A stretch of DNA of 64,000 bases from Anthoceros angustus (lineage: Eukaryota > Plantae > Anthocerotophyta): positions 1,612,001 to 1,676,000 of the forward strand of contig MU008163.1 in assembly GCA_010909165.1 (NCBI GenBank), in the 5' to 3' direction. This document shows, piece by piece, positions 1-12,612 of this stretch. The position numbers and the translations under genes were made by a program. The notes beneath the pieces are model-generated. The model was given only the letters and a program-made list of their open reading frames with translations, did not search any database and was not told the origin of the DNA. Numbering within the stretch: position 1 is the stretch's first letter; each line of letters opens with the position of its first letter.

Positions 1-2412
1 GGTGGCATCACTCCGAGCGTGCAGCCATGGGCAACTGAAACATGTGGGCACTGCGGTGGGATATGTAGGAATTGCATATCGCGCGCGAGGGACAATGTGT
101 ATGCAAGGGCTTGGAGGGCATGGACTTCCTTCTGGATATGTATCGCCTGCACATGGCACTAACTACACTCTACAGGGAGTGCATGAGTAGATGGGAGGCA
201 CTGCAAAACCTCCGAGTGGATGAGCCAGAGGCCACATCATGGGCGTGGACTGCGATCACCCTACTCCGAGCTGTGGTGCACCATGCGCAAGAAACTGTCC
301 ATGCTTTGGTGATGTTTGGGTGGGATGGCGTCTTATTGTATACTCTTTTTCTCCTCGGCTTAGGCCGCCTAAGGTTGCCCCCATGACATGACAATTTGGA
401 ATCATACATGGACATTTGTGTTTGTAGGCTTTTGCTAGGCAAGTGGTAAGTGGTAGGCAAACGGTGGTGGTGTAGCCCTGGTGGCACATTTGCATTGGGC
501 ATCCGCACTGGTGACCCTAATCCGCACGGCTAACTGCAGAATGAGTGGCGGTGAGATTGGAGAAAGGATCATGGTCCAGGACGGACTATGTGCAAGGGTC
601 TAACTCAAAAAAAAAAGTGAATTAAAGATGTTATGTATCACACCTAATGACATCGATACATGGGGCCCCATGTCCTTGTCGTCATATGTGTAAAAGAACA
701 AGTTTATAACGCAGTGTGAAAAGAACAAGTTTATAACAGGAAAACTTGTGATGACGCAAACCATAAAACCCACCCTAAAACACTAACAACAGCAGACCTG
801 AATTGGAAATATTCTAATTTATATGTAGTTCAATCCAATTTTCATAATTTTAATATCATTTGTTCCATCTCAATCAAGTCTTGAGCCTTTGTTCCAGTAT
901 CTAGCTATACCCTTCAAACCTTCAATCCTAGTTTTTCCAAGACTTTCATAGTTCGGAAGGTCCATACTAATAATTTACTTATACATGAAGTTTAAGCACC
1001 AAAACTTGCACGCATGTCGTGTATCTTACATACCCTCGCCTCCGACTGACTATCTGAGATTAGTTAACTTAAAGAATAAACATGCCTAACCTATAATGAT
1101 AGGAATAAATTTGACGAGCACTAGTGCAGCCCTCAGCGAATATTCGTTGAAAACTGCTTATAAGACTAATTTACGTTTAGGGTAAATGACTTAATTTATT
1201 ATTTCCTATAGGTTGCGACCTTGTTGATCGTGACCAGAGGTGGCATCACTCAGCGCAGCCATGGGCAATCAAACATGTGGGCACGTGGGATATGTAGGAA
1301 TTGCATATCGCGAGGGACAATGTATGCAAGGGCTTGGAGGGCATGGACTTCCTTGGATATGTATCGCGCACATGGCACTAACTACACTCTGGAGTGCATG
1401 AGTAGATGGGAGGCACTGCAAAACCTCCGAGTGGATGAGGCCGAGGCCACATCATGGGCGTGACGATCACCCTACTCCGAAGTGTGGTGCACCATGCGCA
1501 AGAAACCGCCCCATGCTTTGGTGATGTTTGGGTGGGATGGCGTGCATTTATTGTATACTCTTTTTCTCCTCGGCCGTTTAGGCCGCTTGTGTAAGGTTGC
1601 CCCCATGACATGACAATTTGGAATCATACATGGACATTTGTGTTTGTAGGCTTTTTGCTAGGCAAGTGGTAAGTGGTAGGCAAAACGGTAATTGGTGTAG
1701 CCTGGTGACGCCTGCATTGGGCACATCCCGCACCAAGGCTGACCCTAATCCGCACGAAGGCTAACCCTAACCTGCACCAGACCGTAACCGTGGCAGTGAG
1801 ATTGGAGAAAGGATCATGGTCCCGAGGACGGACGCTGCCGCTGCATGTGCAAGGGTCTAACTCAGAAAAAAAAAAAAAGTGAATTAAAGATGTTATGTAT
1901 CACACCTAATGACATCGATACATGGGGGCCCCATGTCCTTGTCGTCATATGTGTAAAAGAACAAGTTTATAACGCAGGTGTGAAAAAGAACAAGTTTATA
2001 ACACAGGAAAACTTGTGATGACGCAAACCATAAAAACCCACCCTAAAACACTAACAACAGCAGACCTGAATTGGAAATATTCTAATTTATATGTAGTTCA
2101 ATCCAATTTTCATAATTTTAATATCATTTGTTCCATCTCAATCAAGTCTTGAGCCTTTGTTCCAGTATCTAGCTATACCCTTCAAACCTTCAATCCTAGT
2201 TTTTCCAAGACTTTCATAGTTCGGAAGGTCCATACTAATAATTTACTTATACATGAAGTTTAAGCACCAAAACTTGCACGCATGTCGTGTATCTTACATA
2301 CCCTCGCCTCCGACTGACTATCTGAGATTAGTTAACTTAAAGAATAAACATGCCTAACCTATAATGATAGGAATAAATTTGACGAGCACTAGTGCAGCCC
2401 TCAGCGAATATT
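1..2412. repeat. Tandem duplication of about 1.27 kb (copy 1: 1-1146, truncated by the window edge; copy 2: 1147-2412) covering the NPF stop codon and downstream region
   Basis: ggtggcatcactc at 1 recurs at about 1240. The block ending ...ctagtgcagccctcagcgaatattc ends at both 1146 and 2412. The distal ~600 bp are near-identical; the proximal part differs by many small indels. Confidence 0.92.
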
Positions 2413-5011
2413 CTCTGGGAAATTGCTCAATCTCGCTTCCTCCAGCACTGTGTAGCGCTGGCTGGAAGAGATGGTTTCTACTCTGTCTACCTTCTTGTAC
2501 TCGTACCAGTAGGCGAAGAGGAGAAAGAAGGCGAAGTCGATGGCAACCACAACTGCCAGCAGCCAGTAGAACTTGGACAGACCACCGTGGTTGAAGCCTC
2601 CTCGAAGCCATTGGCTGAATGGGTTGGAGTCGTCATTGGTGTATCTATTCACGGCTGTCACCAGAGCTGTGGTGATGAGGGATCCGATTCCGACAGAACT
2701 GTAACGAGCAGAAAGGACATGTTAGGATCCAGCCTACAGGAGCCATCATGGCTAAAGGAGGAGAGTGAGAGCGGAATTCCGTACCTGAAGGTTAGGGTTG
2801 TGGAGAGGGACTTCATGGTGTTAGGCGCATCACCGTGGAAGATCTCCAACGCTGCCACTGATGTGAAGAACTCGATTCCAGCGATGAGGACCAACTGTGG
2901 GACTAGCCAGAACACTCGCATAGGCAGGACAAAAGCTCCGACTGGGAGGAAGCCGTAGTGGAGATCTCGGACCTCCCGCACTCTCCTGTTCTCCACCAGT
3001 GCTGCAGTGATGAGACCCAGCAAGGCCAGCACAAAACCTACGGCCATTCTTTGGAGAGGTGTGATCCCTCGCTCGTGTCCTGTAAACTTCCGGGCGAAGG
3101 GGACAAACAGGAAATCGTAGAGTGGAGTCACAATCACCACAGCAATAATGCTGAAAGTTCCCAAGGAGGCCGGAGGAATTTGGAAGTGCTTGCCCATGCT
3201 GCGATCCATGGTGGTTGCCTGAAGTTTACAAGCATGGAGTCAGATACAATGGGCAATCTGGAAGGTACTACCAGACACTGGACGAAGGCTTGCTGGACAA
3301 GTGTATACCTGGACCACGACGTATGTGCTCATCTGAGTGATCGCTGTGAAGAGCGGAAAGATGGTGACCCAGATGGGAAGCATGAGCAGGACGCGTTTCA
3401 GCTCTTCAATTTGGCTAACTGGGCTCAGTCTCCATGGGTCCACGCCTTGCATGATCTCTGCTCCTTTGACTATAGCAGCCTTGTCCAGAAACCTGCAGAA
3501 CACATGCTAGCAACCATGAAGCCTGTTGTACAGTCATGGTGAAAAGCTGTAGGTGGCAGTGCATTGTTGGGGACAGGGGAGTAGGTACCTGAACTTGTTG
3601 GTATGAGCAAGACGCTCGATAGGCACAGGAGAAGCGTCCACGTCCAGGAAAGAAAGCTCGTACAGATCCTGATCGTCTTCCGGAAGAGCTCGGTTCCAAT
3701 GGCGGCCTGCAGCAACTAGGACTTGAGCGATACGAGTGAGAGGGCTTCCAGTTGGTTTTTTGTGTCTGTAGAAGGGAGTGCCCAAGAGGAAGATGACGGT
3801 GGCAATGGTGAAGACTGCAGCTAGGATGCCATAGCCCCAGCCGCGCCCAGCCTGATCCTGCACGTATACCATGATAGAATATGCCAGCAGGTTGCCCATG
3901 CTCGAGCAAAAGAAGTACCTGGCCGGACATCACAGCTTTCATGAATTTCCAGGCAGGACTGGGACACAGGGAAGCAGCTGCTTAGCAGATGTGGCAAAGT
4001 GAAATACCAGTTGAAGTAATGTATCCCGGCCCGTTTCTCTTCAGGCACTGAGACGTCAAACTGCTCTTGTCCAAACGAGGGGACCATGGCCTTGATTCCA
4101 GCGCTCCCAATTGCCATGAGATAGAGGGCGGCCAGGAGGAAGTTAAGGTCGTTGTCAGTGGCTTCAGGGCAGACAGGAGTTGCTATCGACAGGGTGCAGG
4201 ATCGAGGTCGGAGAGAGCGCAGAGATGTGGATATGGTGAGGAGGACCATTCCCTACAGATCAATTCCGAGACATGGCAGTCAGAACCTCGAGTGAGACCT
4301 GCTGGACAGCCTGGCGCACGATCGGAAAGGAGGAAAGAACAAACTTACAAAGATTTGCAGGAACGCTGTGATGACCATAGTCCAGTAGCGACCCAAATAA
4401 GAATCAGCAAGAAAACCCCAGACGACGGTCACCACGTACAGCACTCCAAGCCAGGTGGTAACAATGTTGCTGGATCTGTCGACTTGCAAATGCATCACGA
4501 AAATCAAGTACGTCACCATGTTCGCTCCAGTGGCTATGGTGGCCATGTAATCCGCGAAGATCACAGCTGTAAACGCACAACCACGATCCACTGGTCATCA
4601 TCCAACAGGTCCGCAGCAGGCAGAGGTTGAAGGACTGAAGCGCAGGCTGAATTTTGTATAGACTGGGCGCTTGAACCAAAACTATGGCCATGGAATTGGG
4701 ATGCAAGCAGAGCCGCATTTACCGTAGATGAAGATAGCAGCCTTCCACGATCCAGTCTTGGACTTGTCCACGGGCACGCCCATGAGATCGAAGAACTGCT
4801 CCGGTGGGTCCTTGCGCCTGTGGGGATTGACTCGCAAATCAGGAGAGCCAATGGTGGTAGCTTTGTCTCTCAGGTCCGGCGATCCCATGACGGCAAATCG
4901 GGTGGTCTTGTCCCTGAGCCCAGCAAGCTCGATGTCGGCGTTCACGTTGTGCACCTTGCCTGTTGCCGACTTGGGGTTATCCTCATCGAAGGCCATCTCC
5001 TGCACCTGCAC
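2401..5011 (-). CDS. NPF: NPF (NRT1/PTR, POT family) transporter, 7 exons: 5011-4723, 4566-4349, 4252-4008, 3918-3589, 3492-3309, 3218-2785, 2698-2401
   Basis: Manual splicing at GT-AG sites gives a continuous frame with GSWKAAIFI, N(M)VTYL, GFLADSYLGRYWT, GSAGIKAMVPSFGQEQFD, YFNWYFF, GSPLTRIAQVLVAA, RFLDKAA, LPIW, MDRSMGKHFQIPPASL, LQRMAVG, FWLVPQ, MKSLST and FYWLL. Exon 2 is 218 nt, as is common in NPF genes. Stop TGA at 2403-2401. Confidence 0.95.
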
Positions 5012-5249
5012 CCACCATCACTGGCATCAGGAATTTGATGACGACAGCCCACCAGATTGCAGTGTCACTGCCCACCAAGTCTGCTGTCCGGAATCAAATT
5101 CAGTGGACAATGCAAGCGGCAGCAACATCCACAGCAATGCCAGGGGAAGCGAAGGCATCGCAGACGGAGGGCGGAGGCTCAAGCAGGAATTGGGGCGCAC
5201 CATTTTGGAATTCGGTCGCTGCTCCTGGTTCTGCTTCTGCTTCTGGGAG

Positions 5250-5790
5250 GGGAGGGCTGCTGCTGCTTCCAGGAGCAGCAGGCAGGGGCGGGATTCAGCA
5301 GCAGTGTTCTCTCCTCCTGCTGGCTGGGTCACGAGGCAAGACGACTTCAGATGACGCCGGGAGTGGACTCGTGGAGTGGGTCAGGTGACGTTGCAATGTG
5401 CGCTGCGCATTGGGTTGCTCCCAGCTTCCCCCTCGTGGCGCTCTCATCCCAAGCTCCCAGCAGCGCTGTCCAGCAGCAGCAGCAGCAGGAGCAGCGGGCA
5501 GGCGGCAAATGCACAAGGATGAAAGACAGGAGCACTGTAGAAACAATGTGTCTCTCGGGTCTACAGGATGGTGGTGAGCGTCAGAATGGTCTGACACGCA
5601 GCAACTGGAGCAACTGGAGCAACAGGAGCAGGAGAAGCAGCAGCAGGCGGAGGAGCAGCGGGCAGAGAGAGAGGCCAGACCAGGCCCAGGCCGCGCCGCA
5701 TTGATTGAAGAATGCAAGAATTGGGGTAGGAGGCAATTATAAGCAGCAGCGCAAGCCAGCAGCAGCAGCAGCAGCAGAGCGGGCGAGCCA
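5250..5790. repeat. CAG/CTG-rich microsatellite-like tract upstream of the NPF start
   Basis: Runs of (cag)n, gcaactggagcaactggagcaac and gcagcaggag; these generate low-complexity spurious ORFs. Confidence 0.7.
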
Positions 5791-7119
5791 AGCCAAGCCC
5801 AGCTCCGACTCGAGTCGCAGGCCGGAGCGCGGGAGCAAGTTGCAAAAGCCACAGGCGTGAGCCCTGCCCCGGAATCTGAGAGCTGGACCCATGAAACCGG
5901 AGGTGGCGGAAAACGTCCCGGCCAAGAAAGAGAGGACATTCTCGGACGCCTTCTCCTCACTCCACAGCTGAGCACATCACAGCGCGGCACGCCTGGGCTG
6001 TGATGTGCTGGGCCCTGGCTCTGCCCGACGAGAGAGCAGACGACGACAAGAGCAGAGAGGTGAGCAGCTGTGCTCGCTGCTGCACCCAGTACTGTCCGCT
6101 TCAGCACCTCCTGCTGCTCCAGCAAAAGAAAAGTTTCCTCACACGAAGGAGCTGACTTGCAGGACCAGGAGAGAGAAAGCATGCGCAGCCCACCACCGGC
6201 AGAGAGCCCCATGCACATGTATCTGCTGCTTCCTGTGGAGCTCTCTTCCCAGTCTTCTTTCTTCCTGCACGCTTGCTTGGTTGCAACTTTCCCGCCGGTG
6301 ATGAGCTGAGCTCCATCCTTCTCTCCTACAAGTGCCTTTGTTGTCCGGCTTGCGTACCCTAGTAAGCTTAGCTTGCAAGGTCTCCATCCTAGTCTCCAGG
6401 TTTGTGTGCGTTGTGTGTTGTTTGTCATGTGCCTGCGGAGTGCGATCCATGAAGTTGATGCAGCTTAGCTTCGTTTCCTTCTCCTACAAGCAAAGCTCAT
6501 TTGTCTTTCGTTTGTTATGTGCCCGTGTAGTTCGTGATAGATGGAGTTGACGGAGCTTACCTGCGTTTCCCTCTCCTCCAAGCTACACATGTGTGGGCGA
6601 TTGATGTAACTCGTAAGGCTGCCACTTTCCTTCCAAAGGTCGTCTGCTTTTTATGCAGGCATGGTCTGAGGGATAGATCCAGTCCTGCCTGCCTAATCCA
6701 TTGTATGCGTTGGAGTGGGAGTTGTTCGCGGGGGAGTGGATGCATGCATTGGATATGTCCAGGGCCAATGATCCATGCATCTGTCGAAGAGCCGCAGAGA
6801 AGGTAAGCATGGCATAGCTCGAAGGCGGGGCCAATGGGACAAGGACAGGCAGGCTGTGGGCTGTGGGTGCAGCTGGAGGAGCATGCGGCATGATCACAAG
6901 GGGACAAAGCGGCATTGAAAAACTTGGTGCAGCGATCGCCCCTCTGACACGCTTCTCTCCTCTCTCACGCTCCGCCTTGTCCCGCGCGCCTGACAGCCTT
7001 GCTGCCCAGGGAATGGCCCGCCCGTAGCAGCCAGCGCTGCGGCCTGCTGCGGGCTGCGAGCCTGCGAGCCTGCTGTGAGAGCCTGGGCTGGGCTTCGTTT
7101 GCAACTCCGGCCGTGTTGA

Positions 7120-7235
7120 CCCCCGGGGGGTGGGCTACCCGGGACGGATGACGGGTTCCGGGTCCCGGGTCCCGGGCCCCGGCCTAATCCCGGGTCCCCG
7201 GTCCCGGCTCCCAGCTCCCCGGGGCCCGAGAGATC
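7120..7235. repeat. GC-rich CCGGG/CCCGG short-repeat patch
   Basis: ccgggtcccgggtcccgggccccggcc...cgggtccccggtcccggctccc. Confidence 0.6.
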
Positions 7236-7804
7236 CTACTACATGGGCCCCGTAACGGTTTACCATCTTTTGTCGCACTGTGTCCGTGGTGCCCTTGTTT
7301 CACCTCCATCTCTCCACGAAAACACGCAGCTCACACAGCTTGTTGCACTTGGCGCAGAATGCAGATGGCAGATGCAGGCCAGCTAGCCAGGAAATCGGAA
7401 TTTCCTCTCCCTTTCTGGGCAGTAGAAAAATACCCACTTGTGGGTCTCCAGTCTCCTTGGTTTGTGCACCTCGCTTGCTCGCATTGTCTCATTCTGGAGG
7501 GGCAGCTGGAAATAGCCTTCCGCTGCACTCTTCGGTGAGAATGTCTTTCTTGTTACTGCCGCCATGACGTGAGAAGTTCTTGGGTGCGTGCCACCCGCTC
7601 GCGCATTGGCCTTCCAAGGATTTCGTAGGATAAATCGTGCCCACCTTTTGTGATATTTTACACTTTTTTATCATTTTTGTATGGTGGATGGGCGGGTGCA
7701 GGCCTTGGTGCGTGTTCTGGATTAGCCCACATTGTGGGCTAGTCTCGTGTGCCTTCCTACTCCCATGTTACACCGGCCTCTCTCCTTCCCTCAACGTGAA
7801 TAAG

Positions 7805-8128
7805 TGGTGGCCATGATCCTTGCAAGACAAAGATCTCGTATGCATATGCGTCCTACCTAGCGAACCAAAGCCTTCTTCTACAAGCTTTATCTTTCTCAAA
7901 CCACTTTATCTTTCTCAAACCACTTTATCTTACTCAAACCAGTGGTGGTAACCATGATCCTTGCAGGACAAAGATCTTACGTGTGTCCTACCAAGCCAAC
8001 CAAGCCGTGTTCTACAAGCATTATCCTACTCCAACAAGTGGTAACCATGATCCTTCCAAGACAAAGATCTTATGTGTGTCCTACCAAGCAAACCAAGCCT
8101 TGGTCTACAAGCATTATCCTACTAAGCT
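7805..8128. repeat. Three degenerate tandem units of about 93 bp; the first carries a nested 19-bp triplication
   Basis: gtggt(gg)taaccatgatccttgcaagacaaagatct starts at about 7805, 7942 and 8038; ctttatctttctcaaacca occurs three times at about 7885-7941. Confidence 0.85.
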
Positions 8129-8261
8129 CCACTACTATTCATTCAAAGCTGTCATCATGCAAGCTCTAGCTCCGGTGGTCTTGTTTTATTCACCACACCA
8201 CCTACCTTACATCATCCCACAATCCAACAAAATCCCAATCATTTGTAAACCCTATCACAAA

Positions 8262-8360
8262 ACCCAATACACACAATGTCACACTCCCCAATACACACAA
8301 TATCACACTCCCCAATATACACAATATCACACTCCCCAATACACACAATATCACACTCAC
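8262..8360. repeat. 24-bp minisatellite (ccaatacacacaatatcacactcc), about 4 copies
   Basis: Direct repeats are visible; the region translates as (YTQYHTPQ)n in the ORF track. Confidence 0.9.
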
Positions 8361-10046
8361 CAAATATGAACACCCCATTTGTGAAAAACTTTTCATCCTA
8401 CCTCATTGATGGAACATTCTCATCTCTGTCCACCATGTTTCTTAATCAAAGTTTTTATCTTATCTCATCCCCACTTCCCTAATCAGCTAAACTCATAGCT
8501 AGCATACTCCAAAATATTTTGTTGCTCATGCAGTTTGCAGAACATGTCCCTCACATCCCACCTTCTTCATGTGTTTGAATGTTTTTGGATCGAAGTCATC
8601 CTTTTCAACCCGGTAAGAAGCTTCACCTTTCACCTTTCCAGTAATAAATGTGCTGTCGTGATTCTCACGCCACAAGCTACAGGCACCAGAGACCAGGCCG
8701 CGGGCTTGGCGGTGTCTTATCAGGGCTGCGGATATGTCGAGGCCAGGCGCACATGAGGGGATTCGGGATGGGGCGATGGCGTGTTGGGCGGTAGGGTCAG
8801 GGAACGGCGGTCGCCGACCCGCCGGGGTGGTCCAACAGGCCAAGAACGGGATCATGTCCGAATGTTTGGGCCAAGGGGGACGTGGCGGAGGTGGGGCCCG
8901 CAGCACATGGCGCTGGCGGCATGGGAATGCCGCGGTCGGGGACAGGGCAGACCGGAGCCCGGAGACCGGAGACCGGAGACTGGAGACCGGGGGAGAGGCG
9001 GAGCTGGGCTGCCGACGGTGGGTGCAAGCCCTAAACCCTAAAAACTCAATGAATGCCGCCTTCCAAGTGTTCCGCTTCCGAAGCCGAACTTTCTTCCTTT
9101 TCGCATATATCCTGGACGCCGTATGGCGCGAGGGAGCAGAATAATAAATGGGCCCCGCTTTGGCCCCGTCCACACCGCCACCCTTTGCTCCAGGTCTTTT
9201 CTGCTGCCACGCGCGCCCGCCTGCTCCTGCCTTCCTTCTTTGGCCTTTTCTTTTTATCTTTCTTTTGTCATTCTTTTGCAGGCGCACTTCCAGCCCGTCC
9301 CGGCTTTCTCGGCCTGCCCCTTTGTTGACCGCCGGTACGCCGACCGGCCCAGTCGCCCAGTCGAGATTGACCACGTCCACGTCCACGTCGTCACGTTCCA
9401 CCAGTTGCCCGTACAGCCTCGGGTGCATGTTTCGCTCAGGCTATCATCAGCCAACGAAAATGAAAATGAAAATGAGAATGGGTAGCTTCCTATATCTATA
9501 TTCTATCACTGTTAGAAGTACCAGAGGCTTATCCCAGATTCACAAGTCAATGCAACCTGAATGGAATATGATAGTTTTAGTTTTTATTTCAGATAGAAAT
9601 ATTGATTTAATTTTGCTCTAAAATTTTGGGCTCCAGAATCGTGTCACATAAGGAAACTATATGTTTGTCCCAGCTTCCATACATGTGCAAGTATTTGGTC
9701 ATCAAATTAATTTACTTTAATATTTAAAAAATGTAAACTGTATTTTCAGTATGCCATATATCTAAGGTAGATTTGACTCGAAACATGTTGAGTAGACATG
9801 CATTCAAACTTTACTATATTAACCTCTCTATATTCTTGATGTTAACTTGGACTTTTTATCTTATCATGACCATTACCATTACTATTAAAGAGAATCAACT
9901 CTCTGGCTTTTGAACTCCCCTTGGCAATCTTGCACGCCCATATGTAGTGCGTCTTAGTTCTCCTTATTTTCTCGTTTCTCTATTTCATGAGTACATTGTA
10001 GAGCTTGCTTTGCCAGAAAAAGAACATCGTTATCGTTTATTTACTG

Positions 10047-10556
10047 GGACATATTGCTAGAACACCATCCACAAACATACATGGTAGAAGCCACCCACTC
10101 CCTTGGACTGCCAGAACACAATCCGCAAACGTACTGGCTACAACTACACCCACTCCCTTGGACTGCTAGAACACAATCCACGGAACGTACATGGTAGAAC
10201 CACACCCAATGCCTTGGACTGCTAGACCACAATCCACAAAACGTACATGGTAGAACCTACCCACTCCCTTGGACTGCCAGAACACAATCCACAAACGTAC
10301 ATGGTAGAACCCACCCACTCCCTTGGACTACTAGAACACAAATCCACAAACGTACATGCTAGAACCCACCCACTCTCTTGGACTGCCAGAACACAACCCA
10401 CAAACGTACATGCTAGAACCACACCCACTCCCTTGGACTGCCAAAACACAATCCACAAACGTACATGCTAGAACCCACTCTATCGACCACAACACACATT
10501 GTGAGAACGCAATCCAAGAACGTACATGCTAGAACTCACCCACTCCCTTGGACCAC
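10047..10556. repeat. Minisatellite of about 54 bp, about 9 copies
   Basis: The unit acatggtagaacccacccactcccttggactgccagaacacaatccacaaacgt repeats head-to-tail with point variants and no unique spacers. Confidence 0.93.
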
Positions 10557-12324
10557 AAATTGCCTGAATACTTACACAAAACCCATTCACGTCCTTTGAC
10601 ATGTATTGCCTTGCCTTGCCAGAAAGCATTCCACTAGCCTGGCCCAGCATTGTCAGAACCCACTATCCCACATTCCTCAGCATTGTCAGAACCCACTATC
10701 CCACATTCCTCTGCCGTGACGTCGTCAACTAGCCAGTATTGTCAGAACGCACTATCCCACCACGTTTATTATACTCTACTCCGAGTTTGTCAGACACAAA
10801 CGTGTCAAAGTGATCTTCTGTTACAAATCTTCGATGCCGATGGCGTAAATGCGGGCTTGTACGAGATGCAATAAGAGTGTCAAAGTGATCTTCTATTATC
10901 TCCGATGGCCTAAATGCAGGCTTGTACTAGATGCAATAAACTCTTATGTGTACGTGTCCTTGGTCCTACATTCATGTTCGTGTGGATGGTGGAGCTAAAC
11001 CTTACTTAGGGATGACGTGCTAAGAGTAAAAGTTTGGTACTCCATACCATGCCACAATGTATCCATGTTCCTCATTCCATAGACATTCTTGTCAATGATA
11101 TGGAAGATGGTGAACAAGGCTTTGCACATATAAAAAAGCCATATAAAAATGCCGCGTGAATCATGGACTCGTAGTCCAAGGCCAAGTCCAACATATGGAA
11201 GATTGAAAATTCATCATATGATTGTTTATGGTACCGATACATGTTTTGTTCTCTTCGATGATTAAAAGATTTGTTTCTCGGGCAGGAGAGACTGTGCCAA
11301 GTACATAAGCAAACAGTTGATGAGTTGGATGATTGATGAGCATAGTGTAAGATATGTTGAGATCTGGCGCTCCAAATTCACAGGGCATTCCTCATAACTA
11401 GCCTTTTCCGGGCTCGCGACTTTTGGTAAGCCGCGATTCAATGCCCCGAGAGTCATTTATGAAGGAAGATGATTGTGTATGGGCAAGCGGCAATCCCCGA
11501 CATGCTTACGGGCCGCCGTTGCGTGTGGACGGGTGGAAGTGTGGAGTGATGGAGATGAGAGCGGGCGCCTTGTGGACGGAACGGGGAAACGGGGCCCCAG
11601 GGGATCCAAGGGCGAGGACGCGACAGGCCGGGGCTCGGTCGTAATGGCGCGGCCTGCCAGCTCGGAGGCTCGCAGGCCCGGAGGGCGGGCCGTACCCTGG
11701 GCCAGCCGGGCTCCCGTAACGTCACATGCAGGAGGCGCAGGAGCAGGAGCAGGACAGGGCAGTGGGCAGCGGCCCAGGCGGCCCAGGCGGCCAGGAGGGG
11801 ACGAGGGGACAGCCTCCGAGCTTCGCGAATCGCGTCTCATCAAAGCCACTTGACGTCGGCCTGCCTGCCTGCCCTAACTCGCAACGGCGCCGTTTAGAGT
11901 TTTGACGGTCAAACGGAAGGGAAGGGAAGGGATGGCCCGCTGAAGTGGAAGCTGGACCTGGACTCGAGAGCGAATCTTTGTAAGGCCAGCCTTGTCCCGT
12001 TCTGCGTTCTGCTCACACTCTAGAGGTGAAGGGAAATGCGACCAAGTGGGTTGCAAACCTCGCTCTTCATCAGTGGTGTTGTTGCTGTACCCGTGGAGCA
12101 TGACCCAAAACCCGGCCATTTCTCGGGGAAGCTTGGATACAGTCCAGTGCGCTGTGGGTGATGAGACAGGTGCAGAAAACGGGAGGCAAATTTGGCAAAC
12201 TGGATTCAGGACCGAGATCTCAAAACTGATCATATTCTCCCTGCAAACACGCCTCCAAATCATGCCAACGCTGCTGCCGCTGCTGCTGCTGTTCTAACAA
12301 GCTCTGACACCTCCGAGCCAGGCC

Positions 12325-12612
12325 AGCCAAGCCCTAGGGCTGGGCTGGGCTGGGCTGTACATGTGGATGTAGGCTAGCGACATACTGTATGTGTCGCCGT
12401 GCCCCAGATGCAGCAGGCTGCGCGCAGTGTGGTACAGGAAACGGCCATCTCGTCGGATGACAGTAGAGCCAGCCAGGGCATGGCAGCATGGCGGGATTTG
12501 GCGTGCACCCGCAGGGCTAGCAGTGTTTTGTGTTCTGTGGGTTGTGGGCTGTGGTTGTGGGTGTTGTGGGTGCTGCTGGGTGGGTGTGAGGGAGAGAGAG
12601 AGAGAGAGAGGG
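12325..12612. repeat. SSR cluster: (gggct)n, GT-rich tract and (ga)n
   Basis: gggctgggctgggctgggct at about 12337-12357; gagagagagagagagaga at about 12592-12610. Confidence 0.75.

Noticed and set aside
170-520. Possible transposase or RNase H remnant in the duplicated block
   Set aside because: Only vague similarity (RRFC..HL, FLHIPR) after assuming several frameshifts; not supportable.
5295-6428. 377-aa minus-strand ORF
   Set aside because: Built from CAG/CTG and GA microsatellites, low complexity, no domain; GC-rich DNA gives long open frames by chance.
6734-6782. Hairpin gatgcatg-cattgg...ccaatg-catgcatc as a miRNA precursor
   Set aside because: The stem is too short and interrupted, and it matches no conserved plant miRNA I know.
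9029-9042. Telomeric repeat as an interstitial telomere
   Set aside because: Only two units; telo-box-sized motifs are common.
8526-9428. 300-aa minus-strand ORF
   Set aside because: Runs through GC-rich repeats and pyrimidine tracts with no recognisable motif; only the last ~45 aa look protein-like, which is too little to call.
10047-10556. CRISPR-like array (also considered for 19672-19882 and 7805-8128)
   Set aside because: Units are head-to-tail with no unique spacers, there are no cas genes and the context is eukaryotic; these are minisatellites.
11161-11456. Second hAT-like fragment on the minus strand
   Set aside because: Resemblance to the dimerisation domain is marginal and lacks the WW and CER anchors.
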